Below are positions 10,675 through 24,530 of a stretch of 35,209 nt of DNA, piece after piece. Below the pieces are notes generated by a model. That model saw only the letters and a list, made by a program, of their open reading frames with translations. It was not told the origin of the DNA and ran no database searches. The stretch is taken from positions 1 to 35,209 of the forward strand of contig RBNJ01000258.1 in the NCBI GenBank assembly GCA_003990765.1, read 5' to 3'. The translations under genes and the position numbers were made by a program. The stretch's first letter is position 1. The number at the start of each line of letters is the position of its first letter. This stretch comes from Jimgerdemannia flammicorona (Eukaryota).

Positions 10675-11950
10675 TGTGATAAGTTACAGAAAAATGTACC
10701 ATTTGAATTAGCCAGATATCATAGTAGGTGAACTAGATAGTTATAGATATACTAGACAGTCACAGATGTAATAAGCAATCAAAAACATCACAGGCTGTCT
10801 AGGACTACTTTGTCATGCCAACTTGTACAATTAGTTAGAGATACCAGAAAGGGTATATTTATCTGTACTGAACTGGTATACATTGCTAAAGTAGTATACT
10901 GTACTGAACCAGTATACTGTACTGAACCAGTATACTGTATCAAACCAGAATTACTTACTATAAATAGCAAACCTATTGTTAATCATGTAGTAACTAGATA
11001 GTAACCAACTTATATAAAATACTTCAGAGATAAGAGTGAATAAACCTCAGTCCAAAATTCAAATACATTTCCCAATTCCAATCCACTTTCCAATACAAAG
11101 TCTGAGTTTACCACTAAGTTCAAGTAAAGAACTTGCTGTCTTTTGAAGAGATCTCAGTCTACTATATTTTTGTCTGCTTGTCAGATAAGCCTAAAGAATT
11201 TGAGAAGTCTGCCATAGGAATTTTGCCATAAAGCTAGTTTACTTGATGCAACTTCACAGTGAAGCCAGTCTCTTTTGACATAACTCTGTATAAATGAAGT
11301 CAGTCTTTGACATAACTTTGCTCAAGAAACCCACCTTACAAAGCCAATCTATTAGATGCAACTTTGCAGTGAACTTGTTCACAAAAACGAAGCCAGTCTC
11401 TGATTTAACTTTGTCAGTCAAGAAGAGAATACAAGTTATCTGCTATATTTTGATATGCTTGCGAAGTTTGCCAATTCAGAAGAATCTGCGTTATCCGAGT
11501 TATTGAGTTATCCACCATCCGAGTAATTCGAGTTATTCAAGAAGCCTGCTGATTCAGGAGAATCTGCACCAAATCGAGTTATCCACACCAAATTGTGTTA
11601 TCTGCCAACCCACCGCTTATTAAGGAATACTGCCAAAAGATCATCACGCAGAAATCGCATACTTTTGGAAATATGATGTTCATGCAGAAATTACATACTT
11701 TTGGAAATGCGATCATCATGCAGAAATCACATACTTTTGGAGATCACCGCGCTACACAGAAATTACCCATCAACCAAGAAGGAAAACACACAAATCACCA
11801 CTATATCCAAGAACTGTCCCAATAAGAAAATCTGTCAGAATTGACTGTTGTATCTAGATTTGATTATTATACCACTAAACACCAACAAGGATATCAGGAA
11901 TTATTGAACATTTTGTTGCTTTTAACAAAGTAACTGAGGGCTCAAGCCAA
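10675..11950 (+). repeat. long LTR-like repeat, copy 2, with internal tandem repeats
   Basis: Starts TGTGAT. Contains 18-bp ATACTGTACTGAACCAGT repeats (about 10860-10950) and 36-bp repeats with CAGAAAT..CATACTTTTGGA x3 (about 11640-11745). Homologous to 9911-10665. Confidence 0.55.
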
Positions 11951-12488
11951 ACTAAATCAAACCCCAACCTTGTGATTTGCCTCTATTGAGCCAGTATATT
12001 ATAATAGAAGTCAAAATCTTGTAATTTATCTCTATTGAGTCATTATATTATATTTGAGAGCTCAACTGGGAAAATTATCTTTAAATCTATATAACTTTTC
12101 AGCTCATAAGAACACAATAGCCAAACTAGATATATTTGATACAATACTAATCTCTGCCACTATAGGGGAATAAGTCATCACCAGAATTTAGACAGAAAGA
12201 GAAGTAATTACCTCAAGACTTACCAATTACTCAGCATTAAAAGAATCTCAATCAAAAGTCAGTATAGTATAGAATCCTCAATTAGTATAAACAAACTTAC
12301 TAATAGGAGATCTGATCTAATCAGATCAACTGGACAATATAGACAACCCTATCAGAAACTTTAACAAGCTTATATAAAATTAAAAAACCTCATTGCTCAA
12401 ATCTAGTTTTCCTTAAAAGCTCTACCAGTCTCTCCCCTCAAACCATTATCAGAATTAATAACTATTGTATCAGAAGAATCAAGAAGAG

Positions 12489-15400
12489 TTTTTTTTTTTT
12501 TTTTTTATAGTCACTCAGACTTCCCTTTATTACCTCAATCTATAAATAATAATACAATTTCACCCCCCACCCCTCACCCAATATCTCTCAGATCTCCTTC
12601 TCCACCCTCTATCCCTCTCTATTGTAGGATAACTTAGCCACCTGCTACCTGAACCCTCTCTCCACTTTTCTGACAGATACAATTCACCAAACTCTGTTGG
12701 CCCCTCCCACCTAGTCCCCACCCTCTCCACCAGCTATTCAAAATGTCTAGTATTAACCATTCCCATCATACCACCTTAGTCCCAACCTCAATCTACTAGT
12801 TCTCCTCAAATACATACAATCAATGTCTGGCCATCCCAATCCAAATTGCCAGAACCCAGTCCAAGGTCAACTATTTATCTCCAACCCTGCCCACTAGTCT
12901 TCAGCAGAGGTCCCCCCATCTCCTCCCTCTCCCCCTCACCAGGGCCTACAGTCCTAACTAAATCTCAATGCAGTGCTAAAACTCCCCCAGGACTTCACAC
13001 TCACCAAGCCAATATTCAGGCATTTGTACAACTCCTCCTTCTAGCCAACATCCATACATTCCTTACTCTCAAATGTGCCTTCCACCACCAAGTATCCAGA
13101 CTCACATTCCACCTCAGAAATCTCCACCATACCACCCAGAACTTGGGGGGAAGCCACTGCATCACCTGCTTGCTCTAAGGCAAAAGACCATTCCAGTCCC
13201 ACTTCTTGCCAATCCCCACCCTCTGCTATGCTATAGGCCATAGGTCCCCCCCTAGGCCCCATATGCAATCTACTCTATTGCTAAGCTGGAAATCCTCCAT
13301 CAATGTATCTCCCAGCAATAATCTGTCTTATCTCCATATTTGTAGGCCCCAGTCCTCCTCTCCCTCATCACTCTGCCACTGAAGTCCAATTCTCCTTATA
13401 TCATCCACCACCCCCCACCAAAAGTCTTTATATCACATCCTCCTGCTCTCATCCAGGGCCACTATTGCAAGCAGGTCCCCAGTCACTCCACAAGAGGAAT
13501 ACTGGACTTTCCACACCCTCTGCATGAGTGGTACCCACTCCTGGCCCCTCAACTCACTTGCCCTCTTCAGCCACCATGCTCTCAGGCAGTGAAGGTGTTT
13601 GGTAAAGTCCACCAAGCCTAGCCTGCCTCTATCTACAGACAGAGTCAGAACCTCCCATCCAATCTGACTTCTCCACCCAGCCCAGATCCATGATCTTGCT
13701 ATCTTCAGAAGTTGCCTGACTACCTATGGTGGAAAGTCCAGATGATACCCTATATACTACAGCTTAAGCAGTTAGTATACATTCAGCACCATCACCCTTC
13801 CTACCAAGGATATATGCTGACCACCCCACCTCAAGTGCACATTTCCCCATACTAGAAGCTGCTGTTCCCACCATGCATGGGGCAGGAGAGATACATATAC
13901 TGAAAAGTAGATCCCCAAATACTGGACTGGTTCTCCCACTGGTACCACTGTTCCAATCACATCTCTGCTAACTATTCTGCCACCTAGCACCAGAATCTCA
14001 CATTTGATCCAGTTGAGTTTGATATCTGAGCCCCTCTCATACCATTCTACAGACCTTCTTAATTCCTCTACATCCTCCAATGAACTCAGTCCGACCACTA
14101 TATCATCCACAAAGGCCCCCACTTTTCAGTTAATTCCCAAAATGTCCAAACTTCCAATTCGACATTTGATCCTGTCCAATAGGGGCTCTAAGGAAAGGGC
14201 ATATAAGATGGATGATAAAGGATCTTCTTGCAGCACCCCATGACCTAGAGGGAAAGTCACCCCTCTGTGCTCATTCACTATCAATGCTGCCTGACTGTTC
14301 TCCAATAGACTGATTAGTGACCTCCTAAAACCTGGAGGAACTCCCACCTGTCTCAGTACCCCCTCCAGCCAGACCCTCCTCACCCTGTCATATACCTTCT
14401 CTTGATCCAGAAACACTAACTGGCTATCAACCCCAACTGTCTGAGCTCCTTCAATCACTCCATGGACCTAGGCAGTTCCATCTTGGATCAACTGTCCACT
14501 AACAAATCCCCTCTGTTTCACTCCTAGTATCTGCTGAGCAATTCTCTGCAGTCAAGTCACTAAGATCTTTGGCACCAGCTTGTGGTCTATGCCAAGGAGC
14601 ATGATTGGTCACCAGTTCTTTCAATCTTCTCTTCTCCCCTTATCCTTATAGAGCAAGGAGACCAGCCCTATGCTCTGGCCCCCAATCCATAATCCAGATT
14701 GAAGGACCTCATCACTCATCACTATCATCTCCTCCAATACTACTTCTACCTCAGCTATCTTCTTCCAAAAATCCCAGAGAAGCCCATCCTCACCTAGAGC
14801 AGTTCCTTTGCTCATTGAAGCCAAAACCTTATATACTTCTTCCCCCCTCACTGGATCCCCCAGTGTCCCCAGGCCCAGAGCTGAGTCCAGATACCAATCC
14901 TCCAACTGCTATTCAATGTTTAGAGTATCCTCCCCCCCTTCCTCACTCCAAAATTCCCCCAGTAAGTCCTCAGCACTCCCAGAATCTTAGTAGTCTCTTC
15001 CACCATCACTCTATCCTCATCCAGAATCCCCTCCTACTGCTGTCTGGTTCTTTAAGCCTGGAGTAATTGTGAAAAAAATCTGGTGGACCTCTCTCCCTCC
15101 TCCAACCCCTGCTACTGCAACCTTGCCACCATCCCCTTCAACTGAACCTCTTTCTCCATTTATAGCACTTTCTTTAACTCATTAACTTCCTTATATATCC
15201 TCTGAATTCTCCAATCTGCTGCCTCTCAATCCTCTAGCAACCCTGCCCATTGCACTTACCACTGCCTCTGAGCACTCCTTCCTTTCCCTACCTCTCTCTA
15301 GTATCTCTGAGCACTTGATTTCAGTCACTGCCAGTGATTCCCAATCCCTAACCCCTGCTCCCACTATCTACTAATTTTTTCAATAATCTCTACCTCCCAA

Positions 15401-18188
15401 TCCATTCATAAGGAACCCTCCTCCAGCAAAGAAGAATTCAGCTGCCAATGTCCTGGCCCATCTCTACTTCCCCCAACTCTCCCACCCCCAATCAGACCCC
15501 AGTGATCTGACTATAGGCACCAAACCACCTCTAGTACATCTCAGACATCTACTCCCCAGCACTCTGCCATCAACACCCAGTCAATCCTGGAGCCCAGCCT
15601 TGCCATCCAGTGGGTATAAATTCAGTGATCTACCCAGAACTGTCACCCTGAGTCAACCAATGAGCTCAACCTCTCAATCTCTATCCAATAATCTAACCCA
15701 CCACTTCTTCCTCTCATTCCTCTCCTGCCATCAGTCCTGTCTATCCCATTATCTCATATCATATTGAAATCCCCCCCCAGGCAATCAATCCCAGCTTCAC
15801 CCATGACACCAGCCTCCATCAGACCTCTAACCCAATCATTCCCCCCTCTCTACTGGGCAGTAACATGACTCAATAGTCAAAGGGTTCCATCCAGGCCTCT
15901 TCTATACTCCCTATACCAACCTACTCTCCCAATATCTAATATCCCCAAAGTCCTCCATCCCCTTTTGAACCAGAATTCCCACCTGCCCAGTCCATACAGC
16001 TGCCCCACCCCATTCTCTAGTCCAGTTCAGTAAGTCCATGTCAACCTTATATCATATATCCTGCAGTAAGAAGAGATCTGTATTCAGTCCTCTCAGCCAG
16101 CTAAAGATATTCCTTCATTGTGCTACTCCCCTCAACCCATTAATGTTCAAAGAAAAGATTCTAGTTGTACTATTCATATTGAAAAAATGTTTGATATTTG
16201 AGAGCCCCATCTAGAATTCCATATACATTCTATCTCCAGCCAGATCCAAATGCCTCTCTGCCTCTAAATCATCCTCTACAATAGCCTGAGCATCTAGTGC
16301 TTCTAAGATTTCCTGATACTCCACCCCATCCACAATCTCTATTTCTACCTGATAATCTGTACACACTACTCTCCACTTCTCCAACTCCTTCCTTGAGCCC
16401 CACAAGTATGCTACTTGGTCATTCACAATCCCCCAAAGAGCCTCCTCTCTTTGATCATCAACTTGATGTTCCTCTGACTCCAATAGCACCACCAGGATTT
16501 CATTTCTAATCTTCCTCAGCACTTCCTCCCCACACAGAATTTTCTCCCAGTGCCAATCACTTAGCACTCTGAAGTTCTCTCTCCTGAGCTCCTCAGCTGC
16601 TACCCCCTCTAGAGTCTTCTACAGCCACTTCTCTTCATCCACTGCCTAAGCAATACCTTGGGCAACTCTCTCAACTTCCACCACAGGATCCACCAGAGCA
16701 CTCCTCCTTCCTGATTCATCCCACTCCTCTAGTATGTCCAGTAATTCCTCTTCCCCCCCAGCCCTGCTTGGGACACCATACAGAGGGCAAACCTCCTCCC
16801 CCATTTTGGCATCCTTCACTATACTGCCTAGACCCTCCTCATTCAATCCATCTGGGGCCACCTCCAGGGCCACCCTGTGCTCCCTAGCCCAGGTGCTCTC
16901 CCTCAGTTCAGCACCACCTTTCCCCACACTGCTGTCTGCCATACCCCTCCTATCTTCATCAGTAACTCCTTCTGTATTCGCCTCCCCTGCATCTTCTCCC
17001 AGGTCCTCTTATCCATCCTGATCCCTTTTCCATTGACAATCTCCACCACTGTCTTGGCCTCATACTCTTTCTGAGCCAGTCTCCTCTTCTCAACTACTCC
17101 TGCCAGATCCTCCAGAGCCTTCAGCAAGTCCTCCTCTTCCTCAAGCATCCCCTTCACTCTTGAAACCTTACACTCCACTAGACCCCACTTAAGAGTAGCA
17201 GGCCAGTCCCTCATCTTTCCTATGTTCTCTCTTCTAGCCAGCCATACTCTGATATCAACATCTCTTATTCTGAGTTCAGTACTCTCCCAGACATGAAATC
17301 TGATATCCATGATCTCTCTATGCTCCTTGACCACCTCTACAATCAGTTCCCTGGCCCTCTCTCTTGACACCATAGGAAGATCCAATACCATCAACTTTAC
17401 CACTTGAGGGTCCCAGTGCATACACTGGGTCATAGGAACCACCACTTCACCCACTACTACTCTCTTCTCCACAGTCTCAAATAATGATGCCTCTTTCTCA
17501 AATCCAACCTCAACTCCTTCTTTTCCCTTCAAAACCTTCACCAAAGCTACCCCCTTTACCTTCTGCACCATTAGCCTCAAAATTATCCTCACAGTTACTG
17601 CTAAGCCTCAGAAGCACAATGTGACAGCAAATTCTGATCTCAACTTTTTGAGTAATAGTGCTGACACCATGCCCACCAGGTCACCAGGTCCTGTGCCCTC
17701 CCCCTGTTCTGATCTGCCAATTGCTGTCACATCTGGATTTTTTTCAAGATCTCCAGTCACAGCTCCATCAGCAGTCACATCTCCAACCCCTACTCCCCCC
17801 CTCCCACTACTGCCTGACCCTCCTATGGGGGCCTCTCTCTGATTCCCAACCAAAGCTGTCCTCAGTTCCAGCCAACTATTCAGTCCAGATACCATTTTCT
17901 CCATCTTGACCTTGTCAGTAAAGGTCATTCTCTTCCCTTCTCATTGCCTCAATCTATCCCTCCCTCTACCACCAGTGCTGTGGCCAGCCATAGAGGGCCC
18001 TGGCATCTCCAAACCATCTTCCCTCTACCCAATGTGCTGTCAGCCAAAGGCACTACTACCCTCCTGGCTGGCACACTCACCAGTATAATTATTACTGTCC
18101 ATATCAATAGTTTTCTTTTACTAAAAATGTTGCAAAAAGTATTGTCTGAGTCTTATGTCATCTGAATGTTACCAGTGAAAGGTGTCTG
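12489..18188 (-). mobile_element. full-length non-LTR retrotransposon (LINE, L1/Tx1-like), inactivated
   Basis: Poly(A) appears as T18 at 12489-12506. ORF2 starts at ATG 16177 with an APE endonuclease N-terminus (MNSTTRIFSLNINGLRG...DLFLLQD). RT motifs LDQEKVYDRV, GVLQEDPLSSILYALSLEPLL, AFVDD and YLGIYF. ORF1 remnants at about 16200-18000. Probable TSD ATCAAGAA(G/T)AG at 12478-12488 and 18189-18199. Many stops and almost no CpG. Confidence 0.92.
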
Positions 18189-18539
18189 ATCAAGAATAGC
18201 TTCTATAAGAATACTCAGATCTATTATATCTCACTCAAGACCAATAATCCCATCTTCAGAATATCTAAGTATTTGAAGTATTATATCTTAGTTGGAAATA
18301 TAGAGTAGAGAGAGGAAGAAATGATATTTATTATTAATTACTCATATATTTATATATTGGGTGATATAGATTAAAAGAATAATATAATTCTAAGAATTAT
18401 ATATCTAAGCCACATTATTAAGATATCACAATAATAGAAATTTTAATACTTCTACTCAATAAGATAATATGTAAAAAAGTAATATAAGCAGAAATATAAT
18501 ATAACAAAACTAAGTAATAACTACAAAATAACTACAAAT

Positions 18540-18983
18540 TAGTACTTTCAAATAAATTGAATTAATTTAAATTAAATTGAATTGAGAGTAATTCAAATTG
18601 AATCAAATTGGGGATTTTTTAATTCACATTAGGTTTAAATCAAATTAAGTTCAAATTGAATTAGAATCTAATTAAATTGTTCAAATTGAATTATAGTTTG
18701 ATTTGATTTGAAATTCAAACTTTGAAATATAATAACTTGACAAAAACATATCCAAATTTGACAAATTTTAGCTTGTTAGATTTATCTTGATAAGGTGAAT
18801 TCAGTAAAATAAAGATCAATAAATTAGGACATTTTTCTGACAAGTTATTGATATTTAAAAATTTAAGTTTAAATCAAAATTAAAATTGAATTGGACCTTG
18901 ATAGACCTTGATTCAATTCAAAGTTTTTGAATTGAATTAAATTTGGGTCTAATTCAATTCAATTCAATTTATTGAGAGCACTA
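18540..18983. mobile_element. non-autonomous hAT-type MITE (444 bp)
   Basis: TIRs TAGTACTTTCAAATAAATTGAATT (left) and TAGTGCTCTCAATAAATTGAATT (right, reverse complement). Perfect 8-bp TSD CTACAAAT at 18532-18539 and 18984-18991. Subterminal AATTG/CAATT arrays. Confidence 0.88.
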
Positions 18984-19269
18984 CTACAAATATATTAAAA
19001 GAATACTATATATCTATCTATACTTAATGCATAAAAAACCAGAGTAAAAATAAAGGATTTAGATAAAATATAAAGAAAGACAAAAAAATAAAAAAAAGTA
19101 GTAAATAACTATAATATAATATAATACTTAAAGAGGGAGATACATAGAAATATATAATACATTATTTTCTACCTTCTTTTCATCATTATGAAATATTCTA
19201 TAATTGTTATTTACTAGTATATAGTTTCATAAGACTCATTTCTTAAGAATATTACTTAAACTTAGATTA

Positions 19270-21257
19270 CAGAAGAGATTATTCTTCTCTATCTCCTCCT
19301 TATACACCAGATATACCTTCTATCAGAGCATATCACCATCTCACTCTTTCTACCAGAAGACTGCCTTTTTCTCAGCAGTAACAGCCAAATCTGTCTCTCT
19401 CACTACATCTATCTCATAACTCTTCTTCTCTAAATAAACTGCCAATATATCAGACTTCAGAGCCTCTACTATACCATCTCTCTATAAGGTCCTTTCTAGT
19501 GATCCTTGCTGACTACTTTCAAGTCAACCTTACCCAACTTCTCAGCTACTAAATTGTATATTATTGTATACATATATCCACCATAAGTTACCAATGTTCT
19601 TTCCTCCATGAGTATCAGGCCACTCCTCACTCAATATTGTAGTATTAACTCTAGTACTTATAGCCTCATTACATCTCTCCTTTAGAATATCCACTAAATT
19701 CTCCACCTTGATACCACTACCTGGCCCCCTTTAGTAATATCTGGTGCTCCAAACTAAACCCTACAGATGCTCCTTATCTTAACTTCTTCACCAGCTCTCT
19801 ATACTGGAGCTACAGTCTCTCCTCTACCCACCTTCTTCTCTTTCCACACCTCTAGTATATCATTATTATAAAGCTACTGATCTCTCAATTTTCTGCTCAT
19901 TCCCACACCCTCCACCTATCTCTCCATATTGCTAGCAGCCCAAGTACTCTCTACTGCTCCCCCAGAGCTCTTCTCCAAACCAATCTTTAGTACTTCCTTT
20001 AAACTAGTCAGCAAGTTCCTCTGCCTTTTCCTCTCTTGAGTCTTCTCCTACAGTGTCTTATCTATTCAAATATGCTTTCCATCCACTATCTCCAAATAAG
20101 TAGATACTCTATACTCTCTCTATGCTATAGCTTGATATTCTATAGTCTTACTCAAGTTCTCCAGTACTTTCAGTAGATTTTTCTCCTCTTTCTCACTTTT
20201 CTTCACCCTTATTACCTTATAGATAAAAGTATTCCATAATATCACTAATGGTCAGCCACTAGTCTTTTTCATAGTCTTCTTTTCTACAAGTTAAAGTCAG
20301 ATGTCCACATTCTCTATCCTAAATATTATCTCCTTCCAGACTTGGAAGCTGACATCTATCACATCATCATATTCTCTTATTATCTCCTTCACCCTTCTCC
20401 TAGTCTCAGTAGCTATTACTATAGATACTCTCTTTATTAAAAACTACACTACTCTGGGGTCTCACCATAAATATCTTACTATTATTACTACTATCTCACC
20501 AAATATCACTCCAGTCTTCAAAGCCCCATCTAATAGTCCTATCTTCTCAAAGTCCACCTCAACTCTCTCTAGCCTATATAAGAACTTTACTAAGATCACT
20601 TTAGAAAACTGCTTTGAGATAAGTCCCAGAACTATCTTTACTATCACTATCAGCCCTCTGAAGCTCAATGTGATTGTGATTGTGAGATTGACTTCTTGAG
20701 TAATAGTACTACTATTAGATCTATTACACTATCTGCCAGATCTCCTTTTCTTTCTTGGCCCATCTGCTCAGCCCTGCTATCAGCCATCATATCTGGATTT
20801 TTTGTCAGATCTCTAGTTATACTACTATTAGCAGTTACCTCTCTACTCTCAGCCATAGCCCCTCTAGCCCTCTATACTCACTTTCTCAGATAGAGGACCT
20901 CTCACTCTCTCCTGGTCTAGCTCATCTCTACCATCAGCTCTACCAGCTCTAGTATCTGCTAGCCAACCTTCTTCCTTCACCTTATTAGCAAAGCTCACAG
21001 ACCCCAACTTGCCCCCTCTTCTGCCAGATACTGACCATCCTCCAGACTCTCTCTGACCCTTTGCTCTACTAAAAGAACCCATTTTCAGACTATGACCCCT
21101 ATAGACATACTGTTACCCAAAGACCCCAGGTCTGTCTGACCCAGTACTCTCATCAGAACTCTTGCTTATTATCATGTTGTTATTACCTTTTCTCTAAATA
21201 TTATATTAAAAGTATTGTCAGAAGTTTATATATTACAAATTATAGTAGAGAAAGGTG
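19270..21257 (-). mobile_element. second LINE copy, 5' end/ORF1 region only, more degenerate
   Basis: Colinear with about 16300-18185, e.g. CAATGTGA...TTGAGTAATAG (17616 vs 20666), ATCTGGATTTTTT..AGATCT and the 5' end AAAAGTATTGTC...GAAAGGTG. Peptides RDLTKNPD vs GDLEKNPD and VLLLKK vs ALLLKK. The left boundary is approximate. Confidence 0.8.
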
Positions 21258-23187
21258 AATACTCATAATCTTTATTATAAGTATGAGATAAAGTAAAGAA
21301 GAAAAAATATTGTTTATTAATCTGAGTTACTTATATTTTATATAAAATATAATTTTCTTTTATATAATAAGTATTATATAAATTTATCATAAATAATATT
21401 AAGCAATATTCAAATATATATTAAATATATATTTAAATTATAAGTTAATATTAATGAATTACTAAATATTTAAATTAAGAGAAAAGAAATTGTATAGAGT
21501 TACATATCTCAATATATATATAATTTACTTATTAGTTATATTATAGTATAGATTAATTATTCTTTTTAAAAGATAATATCTATATTACTCCTTTTTTGTG
21601 AAGTATTAATAAAAAAATTATATACTTAAAAAATTTGTATTATTATTAAAAATATATTTACTATTTTATAAAAGTTTAGTATATTTATTTATAATTAAGT
21701 ATTTCTGAATGAACTTCATATCTTTTAGTAGTAATTTTTACATTTGTAATTATCAGAAGACTTCTCAGATATAGTTTGGATTGAATATCTAAGTATGTCT
21801 ATTTTTTATGATCAATTCTCTAAAACTCCAGATTTATATTTATATTTAGTCTGCCTGCCATACTAACGAAGTCGCCCGGATCCTGTTTGAACATCGCGCT
21901 CCATATACCATCGGTTTTAACAGCTACATAACAAACATTCTCACACGCAAGTTTCAGTCCAAGTTCTACCAACGTCTTGCGTGTGGAGGACCCCTTAATA
22001 TCTTGGGAATAATGATGACGCTCCCCAACGTGACTAATATTCAGGTTCCATGGTCCTCTACTCATCCACGCTTCGGGCTGATGATGGCATATTTAAATGT
22101 GAGGATGACAAACAGTCCACGAGACCCAACACAACCTTTACATTTTGACCGCGGCGCCCACCGTACCGAAGTTTCTTGGGCTGGAGGTAAGTACTCATTG
22201 CATTGAATTCACATTTGGAGTCTATGGTTCACCACACGACACGGACTAGGCATGTGTACACCAATAAAGGCGTCGGTAGGCCGGGAAAGACAATTTTGGC
22301 TGGGGAGAAGATGAGATGGATGGCGTACTTTTTCCCCGGTAAGATTTTTGCTTGGGCGTTTGATTACAATTAACATCTGTATAGGCACCTTGTTGAGGTT
22401 GTAATTTTGAAGGAGGTTGGGCTGCAATTGAAGAATCAGAACGGAAATGACGTTTGAAAGTTAAGATTAGATATCTTTGAAGAATTACAAAAGCATGCAA
22501 CGAACTGTTTGTTTATGCTCGATCAGTCATTATTTTGGTTCTTGACAAAAGGAGATTAATGTTTGTACCAAGGAGGTGGTGCAATAGCTTCGTGAGGTTT
22601 GATGGATACGACTTATTTTATAGATTCTTCTCACATCAAGGGAGTGTCTAGATTGGTTGAGCGCTGCTGCTTACATCGGTTAGTCGATACCATTGCCTCG
22701 AAAACTCGTCTCTTCTGGTTACCCCGGGCACCGAGGAAGAGGCCGCGGCCAATACACTAATGGTTCACGATGGCACAGATATTGATATCATCGTAAGGTA
22801 CACCACCTGTGAAGCCGAATCTGGATTCTCGCTCCTCCCACTAACGCAACTATGGTGCCGAATATCTTCACATCACCACGTGTCCCTCCAATATCTTATG
22901 TCCCCTCAAAATTATTATTATTATTATTTGATGCAGGTGTATCATGCCTCATAATACGGACTTTCGTGTTTGAGTATATATTTTCCGCCAGTTTTCTGGT
23001 AATAAGGGAGAAGCTAGTACCATCGCATTTTCCAGTATCCTGAGTATTCGGCAATATCAGTTGTTGAGTAAACACACAATATAGAACATTCAAAACAGGT
23101 TGTAATTTTCCGATTGATATGATCTGTAGCTTTCAATTCTACCAACACAATACATTCCAGGTCTCAGCTATGGTAAACTCACATCCC

Positions 23188-24530
23188 TCAGTGCATATTA
23201 CAGATACTCGTCTTGAAACCAAAATATTCCAGTTTCGTTTTCAAATTGTCCTTCACAAATTCGGGCTGACTATGGGACAGAGAAAAAGACGCCACTCGTA
23301 ACCTCGGCCAAGGGAACACGGGCCCGTCGAACACTCCTTCGCCAAGGGAAGTCCAGTCTATCGACAATACTTCCAGATCACGACACTTCTGCGCCGCATC
23401 CCACACGACGCGGACGGTTACGTCAGGGCAACGGTGGAGCGTAAGCAAGGTCAGCCTACGAGCACGAGAGACGATGTCATACAGTGCCTGCTCGCAAACC
23501 GCTTCTTCCTTCAACAACTCGTCATGCTGGCCAAAGGTGGGGCAGAGGGTCAACTCGGTCAGCCCAGCGCATGTCGATTTCAGACTTTCCAGTAGCGTTG
23601 CAAATCCAAGCCCACGGACATATTCAATCGAGAGTCGGCGGAGCTTAAGGGCCGGACGGAGCTTAATGGCCGGGCGAAGAATAGCTTTAATGAGACGGAT
23701 AGGAACATTATAAAATTCGGCAGACTGGAGATTTTCACACTCGGAGAGCGCTCTGGTCGTCGCAGTGTCAAGCATCCCGTCCACGACTATAAGCGATGTC
23801 AGGGTCCCCCGTGCTTCTCTAAGGAAGCTCGAGAGAGCACTGTCAGCGACCGGAGAAGAACACCCTACACGAAGGAAGAGTTTGGAAAGGCGCTGACCAC
23901 AGTGTTGGGTCAGGTGCATGAAGAACTCTCTGCGTGACTTGTGACTCCAGGGTATGCCGACGGAATTTCTGTGGAGATCGAGCTCGATGTCGGAGATGTT
24001 AGCGATGGCAATGAGTTCAAGGTGTCTGTTTGGAATCTCGGGATAGCCTGGTGTGTACCCCGATTTCGCCCCCCTAATATATGGTGCAGTGAGTTTGATG
24101 CACTGCACCTAGTCTCCGTAGGGCAGGCCTAGCTGACGCGACGTGCGGAGAAGCTCCAGGAGACGAATGTCGTCCATTTTATAACAGCCTAGGATAGGTG
24201 ATCACGCAGACTACTAGCAGGGAGCAGGACCCGCGCGGCGGAGTACCATTCGGTGCAGGACATGGATGCAGAGAGGAGGTCCAAGAAAGCACAGTGAGCG
24301 GAGGCAGCGTTGGCCAAATCTTGGAATATTTGCAGGAGAATTTCGCGCGGCAAGGATGGTCTCGGACGTATGTGTTCGCCCGTAGTTGTGATTTCTTTGG
24401 ACGTCTTGCGCAATTTGCCAGCCGGAGGAGTTGTGGAAAGATCTACAGGCGGGGCGAGGTATGCGCGTCGCGTATCTGCGTCGTGGGTGTTATTGGGGTG
24501 GTTTTCGGGGATGAAGCGATCGCCAGTCGT
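23188..24530 (-). pseudogene. F-box / leucine-rich-repeat (RNI-like) protein gene, apparently disrupted
   Basis: F-box LPREILLQIFQDL...LLSASMSCTEWYSAA (ORF 24189-24413), then a frameshift near 24195 and an in-frame TAG at 24109-24111. A 306-aa LRR-like ORF follows (LSKLFL, LTSLIV, CENLQSAEF, LRRLSI, LTLLTLHRCPDVT, CRDLEVLSI). The start codon is unresolved. There is a possible acceptor TTTATAG near 24531. Confidence 0.72.

Noticed and set aside
12846..18165. Many Pro/Ser/Leu-rich plus-strand ORFs
   Set aside because: These are antisense products of the G-rich LINE sense strand.
21820..23150. Possible host gene in CpG-normal DNA (short ORFs, GTAAGT donor near 22188)
   Set aside because: No recognisable domain and no consistent exon chain could be built. 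It needs RNA-seq or BLASTX.
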